Translations under genes and position numbers: made by a program | The notes under the pieces: model-generated | Told to the model about the DNA's origin: nothing | The model's database searches: none | Seen by the model: the letters and a program-made list of their open reading frames with translations, nothing else | NCBI RefSeq assembly: GCF_006345805.1 | Contig: NC_042998.1 | Location: 160,146,001 to 160,210,000, forward strand | DNA from: Octopus sinensis | Taxonomy: Eukaryota | Reading direction: 5' to 3' | DNA: 64,000 nt | Shown: positions 62,860-64,000 of the stretch, one piece after another | How positions within the stretch are numbered: position 1 is the stretch's first letter | Layout: each line of letters opens with the position of its first letter

Positions 62860-63200
62860 AGCCTCAGACAAATTTAAGCCTTGTGAATGGATTTGGTAGA
62901 TGGAAAATTAAAGAAGCCCATTGTATATATATATATAGACACTCACACACACACATATATATATGTATGTATTTGTGTGTCTGTGTTTGTCCCCCCCCTC
63001 ACCATCACTATCGTTTGTCCCCCCCCTCACCATCACTATCGTTTGTAATATTCTCTGAAAACATATCTTGTCACAGGGAAACATTTCATGCTTGGTAACA
63101 TGTCAGGGTTTGTAATGAGAAGTGCATCTAGCCATTGAAAGCCAGTATATGCAAGTATAGCATGTTGATATGACATTGATGATGATGATGATGATGACGA
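62860..63200 (+). mobile_element. Decayed SINE with RTE-type tail
   Basis: gccttgtgaatggatttggtagatggaaa..aagcccattg; internal ~28-bp duplication; (GAT)n end. Confidence 0.65.
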
Positions 63201-63314
63201 CAATGATGATATATATTTGTAGATATACACACACACATGCGTATATATATGTATATACATACACACACATGTATTTATTGTATATATTTCTATGCATAAA
63301 CATGTGTATATGCA

Positions 63315-63346
<32 letters not shown>

Positions 63347-64000
63347 TATATATATATATTATATATATATATATAGTAAATAAAAACTGTTGATAATAAA
63401 ATGAATAGAAAATAACCAAATGCATTTATGACATTTTAACATAAAAAATAGCAAATGCATTATGTCCATGTAATAAGTCAATATACTTCCAAGATTTTTT
63501 TTTTTGCTTTGTAACTATAGTTCTTCTCATGGAATACCTTTACTTGTGTCTTTGTTACTAATGTTTCCCCATATTTTTCTACATCTCTTGTGCATCCTTA
63601 TGGACACCCCCTACCGATAAAACACCCCCTACCCCCCGAAACAAGTGAAGTTCAAACCAAACCAAGCCAACCTAAATCATGTTGATGTTTGATACATAAT
63701 TCTTTCAGTAAATTTTGAAACATCTGCTTATGTTCTGATTATTCCATTGCTCTAGGTACATCATTCTCTCTGCCTTGTTAGCAGATTGGTTTATGCGATC
63801 TGGTTGTTAATCACATCTACCAGTGCTCACATTTAAGCCGTACATTCTTATGTGTGTGTGTACACTGAAGTTGATTAGATATATATATTCATTCAGGGAA
63901 ATAGATGTAAAAAGGACAGAAAACACAACTACGATTTCTTTAATTGGCATCTATCTATCTATCTATCTAAACATGCACATGCATACGTGTATATATATAT

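Noticed and set aside
19392-63425. Many ORF-track entries rich in IY/CV/HT repeats
   Set aside because: They are translations of (TA)n, (TG)n and (CA)n microsatellites.
1-64000. CRISPR arrays, rRNA, true tRNA genes, prokaryotic operons
   Set aside because: None seen; tRNA-like boxes belong to SINE heads and the tandem arrays have no unique spacers.

Overview
Eukaryotic, AT-rich, repeat-saturated genomic DNA with one 100-N assembly gap (58948-59047). The tRNA-derived SINE families, (TA)n-rich microsatellites and RTE tails point to an octopod cephalopod (Octopus-like); this is inference from repeat content. I cannot identify any host protein-coding gene, and most ORF-track entries are microsatellite or antisense artefacts. 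The window is a layered record of mobile DNA: RTE, CR1, Jockey/CR1-group, CRE-type (restriction-like endonuclease) and Penelope-like retroelements; several SINE families; maT (DD37D), mariner, probable Sola2, hAT and Helitron elements; and about 14 TTAA-flanked piggyBac-type MITEs. The most striking structure is a ~1.9-kb non-coding AT-rich element (33.7-35.6 kb). It carries a hammerhead ribozyme with an intact core, an inverted terminal copy that starts at the predicted cleavage site, and a near-perfect 163-bp internal hairpin. A second, unrelated hammerhead-like cassette lies at 45.8 kb. All family calls come from reading motifs by eye; no alignment or database search was run, and element boundaries without TSD/TIR support are approximate.
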